From IMG/VR virus record IMGVR_UViG_3300036861_001052, positions 64,001 to 128,000 of that record: a DNA stretch of 64,000 nucleotides; one strand, given 5' to 3'. The position numbers and the translations under genes were made by a program. Below the pieces are notes generated by a model. The model saw only the letters and a program-made list of their open reading frames with translations. It did no database searches and was not told the DNA's origin. The stretch is from a virus. This document shows positions 27,484 to 36,200 of this stretch, piece by piece; position 1 is the first letter of the stretch, and each line of letters starts with the position of its first letter.

Positions 27484-28260
27484 CACGCGGACGTTCGGTG
27501 AAAGCGAAAGCTGGTGCCCCTCGGCGGTAACGCCGGGGTGATAACTGGGTGAATCAAACCGTTTCGTGATGAGAATGAGAACTTCAGACACAGACATCGC
27601 CTGGCTTGCTGGAATCGTGGACGGCGAGGGCTGCTTCTCCGTGAAGCGTCCCATCGTTCGCAAGACCTACAAGAAGGGGCGAGTGACGAGCTACCAAGTG
27701 TGGCTGGTCGTCTGTAATACGTCCGAGCCGATGGTACGTCGGGTCACGGAGATCTTCGGATCTCTCGGGATCGGGCACCAGCCGGTGAGGCGCGTCTGGA
27801 AGGGAAAGAAGGCAACTCGGTGGCAGTACTGGGTGCACGTCGCGCGAAAGCACGAGCTCTTGCGTCTGACGGAACTCCTCCTGCCTTTCCTCGTGGCCAA
27901 AAAAGACGAGGCCGAGATCGTGCGCTGGTTCCTATCGAGGGCTTGCAGCACGAGGCAATACGTTCCCACTCTTCTCGATCGTACCGCGCTCGAAGCGATG
28001 GCCACGATCAAGCGACACGGCGGGGAAGCCCCTGCTGAGGTGCGAGAGCTCCTTCGCGAGGTAATCCCGAGCCAAGCCGTTTCTGGGATCCGTGCGGCCC
28101 ACGGATTGGAGACGGAAGGCGTAGAGACTAGGTCGGTGACTCCCAAGAATAACCCGACCCACGAGTGCCCGGCGCCCCTCCACTTGGTGGGGTGATGAGA
28201 TAGCCCGACACTCCGGGAAACCGGAGAGCCCGCATAAACAGCGGGCATGACAGAAGCAAG
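27484..28260 (+). ncRNA. Group I self-splicing intron (777 nt)
   Basis: U before 5' site and terminal G; IGS GCTGGTGC (27510-27517) pairs with GCAT (exon 1) and CAGC (exon 2); core-like AATCCCGAGCCAAGC, GTAGAGACTA, GAGATAGCCCGA; GNRA hairpins for P2 and P9. Confidence 0.9.
27566..28195 (+). CDS. Intron-encoded LAGLIDADG homing endonuclease (single motif)
   Basis: IAWLAGIVDGEGCFS...VCNTS...LLPFLVAKK. Confidence 0.92.
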   Translation: MMRMRTSDTDIAWLAGIVDGEGCFSVKRPIVRKTYKKGRVTSYQVWLVVCNTSEPMVRRVTEIFGSLGIGHQPVRRVWKGKKATRWQYWVHVARKHELLRLTELLLPFLVAKKDEAEIVRWFLSRACSTRQYVPTLLDRTALEAMATIKRHGGEAPAEVRELLREVIPSQAVSGIRAAHGLETEGVETRSVTPKNNPTHECPAPLHLVG

Positions 28261-29028
28261 CAGCCGTTTTACGACACGCTCATCCGAACCTCCGGTCTCG
28301 GCGGTTCCATCCCCAAGGTGAATCAGCGGACCTCGCTGTTCACGAACCAGGCTCGCCAGGACGACATCAACGCCCTGACGAACCTGCCGAACGGTTCGAC
28401 GCTCCCGTCCGACCAGAGCCACGTGACGCTCGCGCTTCGCGTGTTCATCTGGTTCCGCAATCCGCAGATCCGCGCAAGCGGCTTTGCGAACGGTGCGATC
28501 AAGAACAACGGCGACTTCTCCCAAGCGGGAGCGGCGGCGTTCTTCTCGCAAGGCGGAGTCGACCCGAACGGCGCGACCGCGGGCCCCGGCGCCTTCAACT
28601 ACCCGGGCTCGATCGAGGACGTCTACCGCCTGTACTGGCAGTCGGAAGAGCAGCTTCACTGGAGCTACGGCACCGGTGACAAGTTCTCGATCACGAACAT
28701 GCCGACGAAGTACTTCCCGGACGGCGGTGGCCTCTGGGGTGACCTCGGTGGCTCTTCGGATCTCATCCACTTCAACAACGGCACGCCGGACCACACGGCA
28801 ATTCTCCGGCTCGCGCGCGCGATCCTTCTGCCTCCCCGGCAGAACATCAAGTGCGCCGCCGAGATCGTGCCCTTGCCCGACGGTGGAAACGCCCAGATCG
28901 CTGGATCGACCGTGACCGGCAACGGCCGGAACATGCTGTCGCTCCAGGACAACCTGAACGCGACCGACGGGATCAACAAGGTGATTCAGTTCACCTTCGA
29001 CGGTCTCTTCGCCCGCGACGTTCAGTAG
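28261..29028 (+). CDS. Putative major capsid protein, exon 2 (candidate single jelly-roll; 267 aa spliced)
   Basis: In-frame join gives RERVH/QPFYDTLIR; beta-rich; structured leader and 3' hairpin. Capsid role is inference. Confidence 0.65.
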   Translation, partial: QPFYDTLIRTSGLGGSIPKVNQRTSLFTNQARQDDINALTNLPNGSTLPSDQSHVTLALRVFIWFRNPQIRASGFANGAIKNNGDFSQAGAAAFFSQGGVDPNGATAGPGAFNYPGSIEDVYRLYWQSEEQLHWSYGTGDKFSITNMPTKYFPDGGGLWGDLGGSSDLIHFNNGTPDHTAILRLARAILLPPRQNIKCAAEIVPLPDGGNAQIAGSTVTGNGRNMLSLQDNLNATDGINKVIQFTFDGLFARDVQ

Positions 29029-29075
29029 CTTCGAACGCAGGTTGATCGCGCGCCTGAGCCAAGCGCGGTACGGCA

Positions 29076-29110
29076 CGGACGGCGGTTTCCCTCAAAAGAG
29101 CCGCCGTCCG
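29076..29110 (+). terminator. GC hairpin after putative capsid gene (stabiliser or attenuator)
   Basis: CGGACGGCGG / CCGCCGTCCG perfect 10-bp stem; no U tract. Confidence 0.5.
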
Positions 29111-29139
29111 GTACTCCTCACGGAGGCACGAAAAAAGAC

Positions 29140-30132
29140 ATGGCAAGTTGGGAACAGGTCATTCGAGACCTGCAGAACACGGCAGGCTTTGCCGCCGCAA
29201 AGGCGAAGGAAGCGATCGACAAGGCAGGCCGAAACGAGAGCGCCCTCGCGCTCGTCCGGCAAGAGCTCGAACGCGAGCAGCGCTCCATGCAAGCGCTCGC
29301 CGACGCGCTCGAAAAGGTCCAGGGCCGCGGCGCGGGCTACGGTAACGGTAACGTCGGCGTCGACGAGCGCGTGCGCTACATCGAGTCGATCCCGGGTCGC
29401 AGGATCCCGTTCGACTTCGTCGTGACGATTCCTATTTCTTCGAACTCGGTCTCGCAGGTCCAGGGCACGAAGACCGTGAGCCAGGACGGGCCGTTCGTGG
29501 CGGTTGCGCGCTACGCGGCGTTTCAGTCCGCGTTCCAGTTTCAACGGGTAGACCCCGTCACGCAGGAGAAGGCGGTCTTTCAAGGACGCTCCTTCGGCCG
29601 TTTTCGTCCGATGCACTCCATGTGGGACCTGAACGATGCCTCGACCGGCGTCTTTCAGCCGACGACCGGCATCGCTCAGCCGGGCACGGGCGCGCCGATC
29701 GTGGCGGCTCCCTCGAACATGTCGTCCTTCCGCACGATGGAAGGCGACTTCATCATCCAGATGCTGAATCAAGGCGCTGGCTACCCTCGCGACAATCAGG
29801 ACGGCGGCATTCCGAGCGCCTGGTACTCCGAGAGCATCAACAGCCCCTTCCAGCTCGGAGCCTTGGACTTCTTCGAGCGCGGCGAGACGATCCAGTGGAA
29901 GGTCACGCCGACGCACGTCAATAACCCGCCGGCAGGTAACCTTTCGGGTTACGCTGCGGGTGGCGTGTTCCCGTTCCTCGCGAGCCAGTACGACGTGCAC
30001 GAGGGCATCAACGACCAGCTCGATCCCGAGGCAACGAGCGATCCCATCACGAGGCTCCCCGACGGGATCTTGTGGATAGGGATGCACGGGATCAAGATCG
30101 TGCAGCCCCCCGGGCCGGTGAGGCTCACCTAA
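29140..30132 (+). CDS. N-terminal coiled coil plus beta-sandwich; candidate second capsid protein
   Basis: GGAGG RBS; PFDFVVTIPI, QDGPFVAV, DFIIQM, ETIQWKVT, LWIGMHGIKI strands. Confidence 0.6.
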   Translation: MASWEQVIRDLQNTAGFAAAKAKEAIDKAGRNESALALVRQELEREQRSMQALADALEKVQGRGAGYGNGNVGVDERVRYIESIPGRRIPFDFVVTIPISSNSVSQVQGTKTVSQDGPFVAVARYAAFQSAFQFQRVDPVTQEKAVFQGRSFGRFRPMHSMWDLNDASTGVFQPTTGIAQPGTGAPIVAAPSNMSSFRTMEGDFIIQMLNQGAGYPRDNQDGGIPSAWYSESINSPFQLGALDFFERGETIQWKVTPTHVNNPPAGNLSGYAAGGVFPFLASQYDVHEGINDQLDPEATSDPITRLPDGILWIGMHGIKIVQPPGPVRLT

Positions 30133-30140
30133 GGAGAATT

Positions 30141-31046
30141 TTGACCCTCCGATCACATTTGACGCCGCGGCAGGTCAAGGGGCTCGGCCTCGGAGCCCCG
30201 TCGCCGCCGGCGGAGCCCGTACGCGTGCTCGATCCGTGGCGAGGCGATCCGCCTCCTCCTCAGCCCTACGAGGGCGAGGGGATCAGCCACGGCTGCGACG
30301 CTTCCCGGGTCCAGCTCGCCGGAGGGGCGCTGAACACCCTCCTCGTCCATCCCGAGGTGACGCCCTTCGAGCAGCTCTACCGGCGCCTGCCCGAGGAGGG
30401 GATGTTTCTCGACTCGGTCGGCCCGGAGAATCCGTTCACGTTCGAGCTCGGGGCGTTCCGCGTGCCGGACACGTTCACGCTGCTCTTGTTCGATTTGAGG
30501 CCAGACATCTATCGCTTCAGCGGCGTGGATCCGGGAGACACGATCCCGGTCGAGGCGCGGCGCTTCAGCTCGGTTCTCGGCTTTCAGATCACGGTCGACC
30601 AGCGCCAGCCCGCCAATCTCCTCTACCAGCTCGATCCGGCGCCGATTCAGACGTTTCCCGAGGCCTTCACGAATCCGATCGGCGCTCCCGGCGAGCTCCC
30701 GCCCGCCATCGCGGCGGCAATCGGTTTCCAGAACGGATCGCGCTTCAACCTCTCTCAGGCGACGAGCGTCGCGACGGCTTCGGGCGCCGGAGACCAGCTC
30801 CAGCCACAGAGGCCGACCCGGTACGGGCCCTTGTCCGTGCCGTTTACGATGTACATCCGGCCCGGGCAGACGTTTCAAGTCCGCTGCGTGATCTTCAATC
30901 CGGTGCCGAGCCCGATTGCGTTCATCGAGTACGACATCGCTGGCATGCTCATGCCGGACACGTGGGTGACGACGATGACCGAGTGCATGAAGCCGCTCTC
31001 GAACGCTTCGCACGGTCCAGGCTCTCTCGGGGGAGGTCCACGGTGA
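30141..31046 (+). CDS. Beta-sandwich protein; candidate minor capsid or penton
   Basis: AAGGAG then TTG start; VKGLGLG; FELGAFRVP, MYIRPGQTFQVRC, IEYDIAG. Confidence 0.55.
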   Translation: MTLRSHLTPRQVKGLGLGAPSPPAEPVRVLDPWRGDPPPPQPYEGEGISHGCDASRVQLAGGALNTLLVHPEVTPFEQLYRRLPEEGMFLDSVGPENPFTFELGAFRVPDTFTLLLFDLRPDIYRFSGVDPGDTIPVEARRFSSVLGFQITVDQRQPANLLYQLDPAPIQTFPEAFTNPIGAPGELPPAIAAAIGFQNGSRFNLSQATSVATASGAGDQLQPQRPTRYGPLSVPFTMYIRPGQTFQVRCVIFNPVPSPIAFIEYDIAGMLMPDTWVTTMTECMKPLSNASHGPGSLGGGPR

Positions 31047-31048
31047 CT

Positions 31049-31173
31049 TCGGTGAAGGAGGCCAGCCGGCCGCCGTCGCGCTTCCAGCGGGTATGGACGA
31101 ACGCACCCCTATCGGACATGGGGGCTGTCGAGTCTTACTCGGGAAACGGCGGACGGCTGGCCTCCTTCACCGA
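31049..31173. repeat. 28-bp inverted repeat enclosing three small hairpins; candidate structured RNA
   Basis: 31049-31076 and 31146-31173 are reverse complements with 1 mismatch. Confidence 0.85.
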
Positions 31174-31191
31174 GCTCGAGGCGTCATGGTG

Positions 31192-31953
31192 ATGCAGAGC
31201 TACGTCGAAGGCGGCGCCTCCCAGATGGGGACGGCGTGGGACGAGATCGGGATCTTGCCTGCTCCCCCCGGAACGTCGCTCGGCCAGATGGACGCGATGA
31301 GTCTCTTCTCGGAGGTCTCGGACGCGCTCCGCCTGCGGCCCATCGGTGTCGTGACGCCCTGGGCAGCACGCGTCGGTGATCTCGAGTGGGAGGACATTCC
31401 CCATCCCGACACGAACGTGATGCTCTGGGAGCTCACGGACGCGGCCATCAATGCCGTGCCGGAGGTGACGTTCGGGAGTCCCTTGCCGTTCGTGGGGATC
31501 GTGACGTCGCGGCCGATGAGCGTCGCAGAGACGCGAAAGATGTGGGAGGGGACAGCCTACGCTCCGTACGAGACGCAAGCCGTCTACCGGCAGGACGACG
31601 CGAAGGATCCGCCGACTGCGCTCTTCTTGCACTGGGGCGAGCGCATCGACATCGCGAAGCTTCCGAAGGAGGTCTTGCTCCTCGGCCCCCGCGCTTCGGC
31701 CGCCGCGGGAAGCCTCGTCTTCGCGGCTCAGATCCCAGCGCAGAATTCGACCACGCGCGCAGCTCCGTCGAGCTCGTTTGCTTCGGTCCTCGCGCGGCAG
31801 GCGCCGCTTCCGCCGGAGCCGCCGCCGAATCCCACGCCGGGCCCGATCCCTCTCGGCCCTGTCAAAGAGGACAAGATGAATCTCGGCGTGCCGATCGCCG
31901 TAGGGCTAGGGGCAGCGGCTCTCGGCTTCTTGCTCTGGAAGAGGAAGAGGTAA
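31192..31953 (+). CDS. Tail-anchored protein
   Basis: Pro linker, TM + WKRKR. Confidence 0.75.
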   Translation: MQSYVEGGASQMGTAWDEIGILPAPPGTSLGQMDAMSLFSEVSDALRLRPIGVVTPWAARVGDLEWEDIPHPDTNVMLWELTDAAINAVPEVTFGSPLPFVGIVTSRPMSVAETRKMWEGTAYAPYETQAVYRQDDAKDPPTALFLHWGERIDIAKLPKEVLLLGPRASAAAGSLVFAAQIPAQNSTTRAAPSSSFASVLARQAPLPPEPPPNPTPGPIPLGPVKEDKMNLGVPIAVGLGAAALGFLLWKRKR

Positions 31954-31958
31954 GGCGC

Positions 31959-32333
31959 ATGTATACGGGCGTTGGACAAGACTCTGGCATGGTGTTTCTT
32001 CCTGGGAGCATCACTCCGCGCCCGACGGCGCCGGCCCCTTCCCAGCCGCCGCGCCTGATCCTTAAGCTCAAGCCGGACGGCGGCACGTGCGACTTCGCCG
32101 AGCAGTGCGCCGGTCACATTTGCCGGAACGGCCTCTGCCGCTCGGGCGTGATACTCAAGCAGCCATCGCGTCCCCCGGCCGAGTCGACACCAGCGCCCGT
32201 CCCGTCGCTGGTCGTCAGCGAAGGCGAGCCCACTACCGAGCCCGGAGCTCCGAAGTCATCGAAGCTCCCGCTCTACATTGCGGCGGGCGGCGTTGCCGTG
32301 CTCGGCATCGCCTGGCTCGTCATGAGAAAGTAG
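31959..32333 (+). CDS. Cys-knot-like tail-anchored protein
   Basis: MYTGVGQ; C-x5-C-x4-C-x4-C; TM + RK. Confidence 0.75.
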   Translation: MYTGVGQDSGMVFLPGSITPRPTAPAPSQPPRLILKLKPDGGTCDFAEQCAGHICRNGLCRSGVILKQPSRPPAESTPAPVPSLVVSEGEPTTEPGAPKSSKLPLYIAAGGVAVLGIAWLVMRK

Positions 32334-32344
32334 GAGATAGAGAG

Positions 32345-33172
32345 ATGTTCGTAGGACAAGGCATGGGCCGGCGCGCACAAGGCGGTCTCGGTCTCTATCA
32401 GCCGACGCCTACCGGCATCAAAGTGACGGCGCTTCCGACGTGCGCATTTCCCGCGGAGAAGGCGGAAGCAGCGAGCAAGTGTCAGACGATGAGTCTTCAC
32501 GGGCTCGGTCAGACGATGACGCGGGTCACGGGGCCGATGACGGGCAGGCTCGCCGGCTACTCGCCCTGCGACATCGTGAACTACCCCGTCTGCCCCGAGC
32601 CGAAGTGCATCGACGAGCAGACGGTCACCACGATCCTGAAGTGCGCCAACGGCCTACCGGTAGAGGGCGTCGACTGTAACACGCCGAGCACCGCTCTCTA
32701 TCTCTACTCGCTGTCGCTTCTGCCCTATTGCGGCAAGCCGAGCTTTTTGGCGCCGCCGCCCTCGTGTCTCTCGAAAGACCAGCAAGCCCTCATCGGGTAT
32801 TGCGACGCGCATCCCGACTTCAAGGGCCCGAACAAGTCGTGGAACAACATCTGCTGGGTCAACACGCACGACCCCGTGTACTGGGCGAAGCTTCGAGCGG
32901 TGAGGCCGTGCCCGGTGGCCGCGCCGGCCGCTCCACCTCCGGTGAGGCCCCCGCCGGTCTTGAAGCCTCCGCCCGCGGCGCCGCCGCCGGTTCGTCCTCC
33001 TCCATCGGCTCCGCCGCCCGTCACGGCGCCGCCGTCGGACATGGTCCCGCCGGAAGACATTCCGGACGAGCCGGAGCATCGAGAGTCCGCCATGATGGGG
33101 CTCTGGGGGATCCTCGCGCTCGTGGCCGTGGGAGGCGGGGGATACTACCTCTACAGGCGCTACAAGAGATGA
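32345..33172 (+). CDS. Cys-rich tail-anchored protein
   Basis: AGGAG RBS; GQGMG, GGLG, LHGLG; Pro stalk; TM + RRYKR. Confidence 0.8.
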   Translation: MFVGQGMGRRAQGGLGLYQPTPTGIKVTALPTCAFPAEKAEAASKCQTMSLHGLGQTMTRVTGPMTGRLAGYSPCDIVNYPVCPEPKCIDEQTVTTILKCANGLPVEGVDCNTPSTALYLYSLSLLPYCGKPSFLAPPPSCLSKDQQALIGYCDAHPDFKGPNKSWNNICWVNTHDPVYWAKLRAVRPCPVAAPAAPPPVRPPPVLKPPPAAPPPVRPPPSAPPPVTAPPSDMVPPEDIPDEPEHRESAMMGLWGILALVAVGGGGYYLYRRYKR

Positions 33173-33366
33173 CCATGAACCTCGTCGCCATCGCCGGAGT
33201 GCCCTTCGGGGAGAGCGTGACGCTGCCCCCGGGCTCGGGCCCCTCACAGCCCTACGTGGCGACGACAGAAGACAAGAAGGCGATGTGGATGGCGCTAGCG
33301 GCGCTCGGCGTCGGCGCAGTCGTGGGCTACGTCTTTCTCGGTGACATGGTGCGGAGGGGCGCGTGA
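33169..33366 (+). CDS. Small tail-anchored protein
   Basis: ATGA-coupled; C-terminal TM. Confidence 0.65.
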   Translation: MTMNLVAIAGVPFGESVTLPPGSGPSQPYVATTEDKKAMWMALAALGVGAVVGYVFLGDMVRRGA

Positions 33367-33587
33367 GAGATCCCGTCCGCACAGCCGCATCGGCTGCCGA
33401 GGTCCTCGGGCCCGCGATGGACGATGTGGGAGGCCCGGTCGGGCTCGTCGGGCGGGCCATGGGGCTCGGAGCCGACGAGATCGACGCCGGCATTCCCGGC
33501 TGGGGCTGGTTTGGCGTCGGCGTCGTAGCCGGCGGGATAGCCATGTACTTTTTGCGTGACCGGCTCCGCGCTTTCGCCGCGGACTGA
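33363..33587 (+). CDS. Small tail-anchored protein
   Basis: AMGLGADE then TM. Confidence 0.7.
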   Translation: MRDPVRTAASAAEVLGPAMDDVGGPVGLVGRAMGLGADEIDAGIPGWGWFGVGVVAGGIAMYFLRDRLRAFAAD

Positions 33588-33621
33588 GCCACGGTAGGAT
33601 TGACTCAGAAGGACCATCCAC

Positions 33622-34584
33622 ATGAACTCACTCGGCGCCTACTTCGGAAGCACGCGAATCGTTCAAGGGGCAGGTGGGCTCGGCGACGACTACCTCCAGG
33701 CCTATGCCGACGGCGTCGTCGGCGGGAGCGCCCCGAATGCGGAGATGCCGGGTCCGATCACGGCGTACCGCGACGGAAGCCTCGGCCGGATGTCGCACCA
33801 GTACGGCGGAGGCGACTCGGGCGAGCTAGCCGCTTGGGCTGACGGCGTCGTTGGTGGGAACGCCCCCGACGCGGTCCCGGGCGAGCTCTTCGCCTATCAC
33901 GACGGAAGCCTCGGTGCCGAATCGAACCCCGCGACGATCGGCGACGACATCTCGTCCTATCACGACGGCGTCCTCGGCGACCGCAAGAACTTCGTTGTCC
34001 CTGGCTTCGGACCGCTCCAGTCCTTTCACGACGGAAGCCTCGGCGCGTACGCGGCTGCGATCGGAGCGGCGGCGGAAAACGTCCTCGATCTCGGCGACGC
34101 CAATGTCTTGAAGGAACTCAAGGTGGCGATGAGCTTCATCGCTCCCGAGCAGACGCTCACGATGGACGGCCAGAAGGTGTACACGCCCGACTGGTACACG
34201 AACGGGATCTGGGATCCTCAGGCCTCGCTTCTCTGGCAGTACATCGTCAGTAAGACGAGCGCCTTCAAGGGCAAGAGCGTCTCGGTCGACATCGGCGCGC
34301 AGACCTACCCGAACGCGACCGGCATCGGCTTCATGGTGGCGGCTCTAGCCGCGCCGCAGTCCGGGACCTACGGCCCCGACTACGTGAAGAAGAACCTCCC
34401 CGCGCTCTACGCCTGGTTTACGGCCGGCGGAGGCACAGTGCTCGCTCCGTACCTGTCCCTCACGGACAAGACGAAGGGCGCGCGCGGCACGCCGAGCTCG
34501 GAGATGAAGATGAGCACCGTCGCGCTCTACGGCCTCGGAGCCGTGGCGCTCTTCGGCGTCGCACTCGTCTTTTGGAAGAAGTGA
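33622..34584 (+). CDS. Tail-anchored protein with six [YWF]xDG[SV][LV]G repeats
   Basis: Repeats in 33697-34045; TM + WKK. Confidence 0.8.
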   Translation: MNSLGAYFGSTRIVQGAGGLGDDYLQAYADGVVGGSAPNAEMPGPITAYRDGSLGRMSHQYGGGDSGELAAWADGVVGGNAPDAVPGELFAYHDGSLGAESNPATIGDDISSYHDGVLGDRKNFVVPGFGPLQSFHDGSLGAYAAAIGAAAENVLDLGDANVLKELKVAMSFIAPEQTLTMDGQKVYTPDWYTNGIWDPQASLLWQYIVSKTSAFKGKSVSVDIGAQTYPNATGIGFMVAALAAPQSGTYGPDYVKKNLPALYAWFTAGGGTVLAPYLSLTDKTKGARGTPSSEMKMSTVALYGLGAVALFGVALVFWKK

Positions 34585-34587
34585 GCC

Positions 34588-34824
34588 ATGTGGTTAGCAT
34601 TCACAGGAGCCGACAGAATCTGGCCTGCCTGCAATAGCCAGAGGTGCGGATTTGTAAAGGTTCCTGGCACAAACACGAGCCAGCCGGATCTCAATTGTGA
34701 TCCGGATGCGTGGCAGCACTGCGTCGACTCGTTGGCTCACGAACAACAGACCCAGCAGCGCATGGTCATAGGCGCCGGACTCGTAGCAGTGGTCGGCATG
34801 GCGTGGCTATTTTTCAGAAAGTGA
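34588..34824 (+). CDS. Small Cys-containing tail-anchored protein
   Basis: Four Cys; TM + RK; more AT-rich. Confidence 0.7.
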   Translation: MWLAFTGADRIWPACNSQRCGFVKVPGTNTSQPDLNCDPDAWQHCVDSLAHEQQTQQRMVIGAGLVAVVGMAWLFFRK

Positions 34825-34834
34825 GTTCGTCATC

Positions 34835-35350
34835 ATGATGAGCGGACTAGGAGCAATGCGGCAAGAGAGCCCGGACGTGGCGCGGCTCAGGCACGCGCTC
34901 ACGGCATGGGCGGCGAGCCCGAACGACCGCGCGGCGATCAACGGACTCTACGGCGCCGCGTGGATCTGGACGGCGAAAGTCAGGCCGCGGTTTACGGCGC
35001 TCGACAATGCGCTCGCTTCCGCTCTCGCCCAGTGGGGTAAGAGCCCGAGCGACGTCTCGAGCCAGCGCCTGGTGAGCGCGGCGGCCGCGCGGTGGATGGC
35101 GGGCGTGCACGCGCTCGGTGAATACTTTTCGGGCACTGGCGAATACTTCGCGGCTCAGGGCATGGGAGAGTACTTCTCTGGAACGGGCGAGTACTTCTCG
35201 GGTGCGGACGGGCTCGGAGCGGACATCGCCATGGTCTGCTCCGAAGAGTGCATGAAGTACGTCAAGGCCGACAAGAAGCGCCTCATGCTCATGACGGGAT
35301 CCATCGCGCTCGGCCTCGGGCTCTTCGCGGGCATGGTCGTCTTTCGGTGA
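34835..35350 (+). CDS. Tail-anchored protein with four GEYF repeats
   Basis: MMSGLGA; LGEYFSGTGEYFAAQGMGEYFSGTGEYFSG; DGLGAD; TM. Confidence 0.8.
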   Translation: MMSGLGAMRQESPDVARLRHALTAWAASPNDRAAINGLYGAAWIWTAKVRPRFTALDNALASALAQWGKSPSDVSSQRLVSAAAARWMAGVHALGEYFSGTGEYFAAQGMGEYFSGTGEYFSGADGLGADIAMVCSEECMKYVKADKKRLMLMTGSIALGLGLFAGMVVFR

Positions 35351-35371
35351 CGGAGAAAGGGCCTCTCCGTT

Positions 35372-35992
35372 TTGAAAGACATCTTCGCAACTTTCGGTCG
35401 TAAGGTTTCCCGGATCCCCTGGGGGGCCGTTGCGGGCGTTGTCGTCGAGCAGCTCCATGCGCAGGGCGGCGTCGCGGGGCAGGTTCTCGCGCAGCTCCAG
35501 GAGTGGGCGGGTCATCTCGCCGCGAACGCCGTCCGTGAGTGGCCCGGAACGATCGCGAGTCACGCTCCCTGCGCCTGCCCGAACGTAGCTTCCGGCACAC
35601 CGAAGAAGTGCCACGCCTCGGCCGTCGTCGTCTGCGACATCTGCAATCGCAAATGCTGCCTCGCGCACGCTCGGATCGATTACCTAGCCGGCGCCATCTG
35701 CGAGATCTGCATCGGCGAAGCCAAGGCGCGGGCACGGGCGGCGGGACCAAAAGCTCCGGGTCAGGCGGCTCCGAAAAAGGACGTCGACCGGGCGTTCAGG
35801 ATCTTGGATCTCGGTCGCACGGCGACCTGGGAGGAGATCAAGAAGCGCCACCGCGAGCTCGTCTTCAAGCACAACGCCGACCGGCCGCAGACGGACAAGA
35901 TGCGAGCCCAGAACACGGAGCGCCTGAAGAAGGTGAACTGGGCGCTCGAGGTCCTACGGAAGTTTCATGAGGACAAGAAGGAGGCCGCGTAG
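35372..35992 (+). CDS. Zn-finger plus J-like domain protein (HPD replaced)
   Basis: CDIC...CLAH...CEIC; AFRILDL...ATWEEIKKRHRELVFKHNADR...LKKVNWA. Confidence 0.75.
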   Translation: MKDIFATFGRKVSRIPWGAVAGVVVEQLHAQGGVAGQVLAQLQEWAGHLAANAVREWPGTIASHAPCACPNVASGTPKKCHASAVVVCDICNRKCCLAHARIDYLAGAICEICIGEAKARARAAGPKAPGQAAPKKDVDRAFRILDLGRTATWEEIKKRHRELVFKHNADRPQTDKMRAQNTERLKKVNWALEVLRKFHEDKKEAA

Positions 35993-36189
35993 TGGCCCTC
36001 TACAAGGTGAAGCTCCGCGTCGACTACGTCCTCGACATCCTCATCGAGAACGCCCCGAGCGCCGATGAGGCGAAGCGCAGAGCGGCATTCGAGGCCACGA
36101 AGGCCGTCGAGCGCGCGTTTCCTGAGAGCACGAGCATGATCGGGCAGGCTCAGCCCCTCTCCGCCGTCTGCGTGAACAGCCTGGAGTAG
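35992..36189 (+). CDS. Hypothetical protein
   Basis: TAGTG overlap, GGAGG RBS. Confidence 0.6.
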   Translation: MALYKVKLRVDYVLDILIENAPSADEAKRRAAFEATKAVERAFPESTSMIGQAQPLSAVCVNSLE

Positions 36190-36200
36190 AGCCCGATGAA

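Noticed and set aside
27566-28195. Intein or free-standing homing endonuclease
   Set aside because: Not in frame with the host gene, no intein terminal residues, and flanked by group I RNA elements
28318-29028. Stand-alone 236-aa gene starting at GTG 28318
   Set aside because: The frame is open back to the intron 3' end at 28261 and splicing supplies a start with a strong RBS
31049-31173. tRNA
   Set aside because: Stem far too long, no T-loop or D-loop consensus, no CCA; I recognised no tRNA or rRNA in the window
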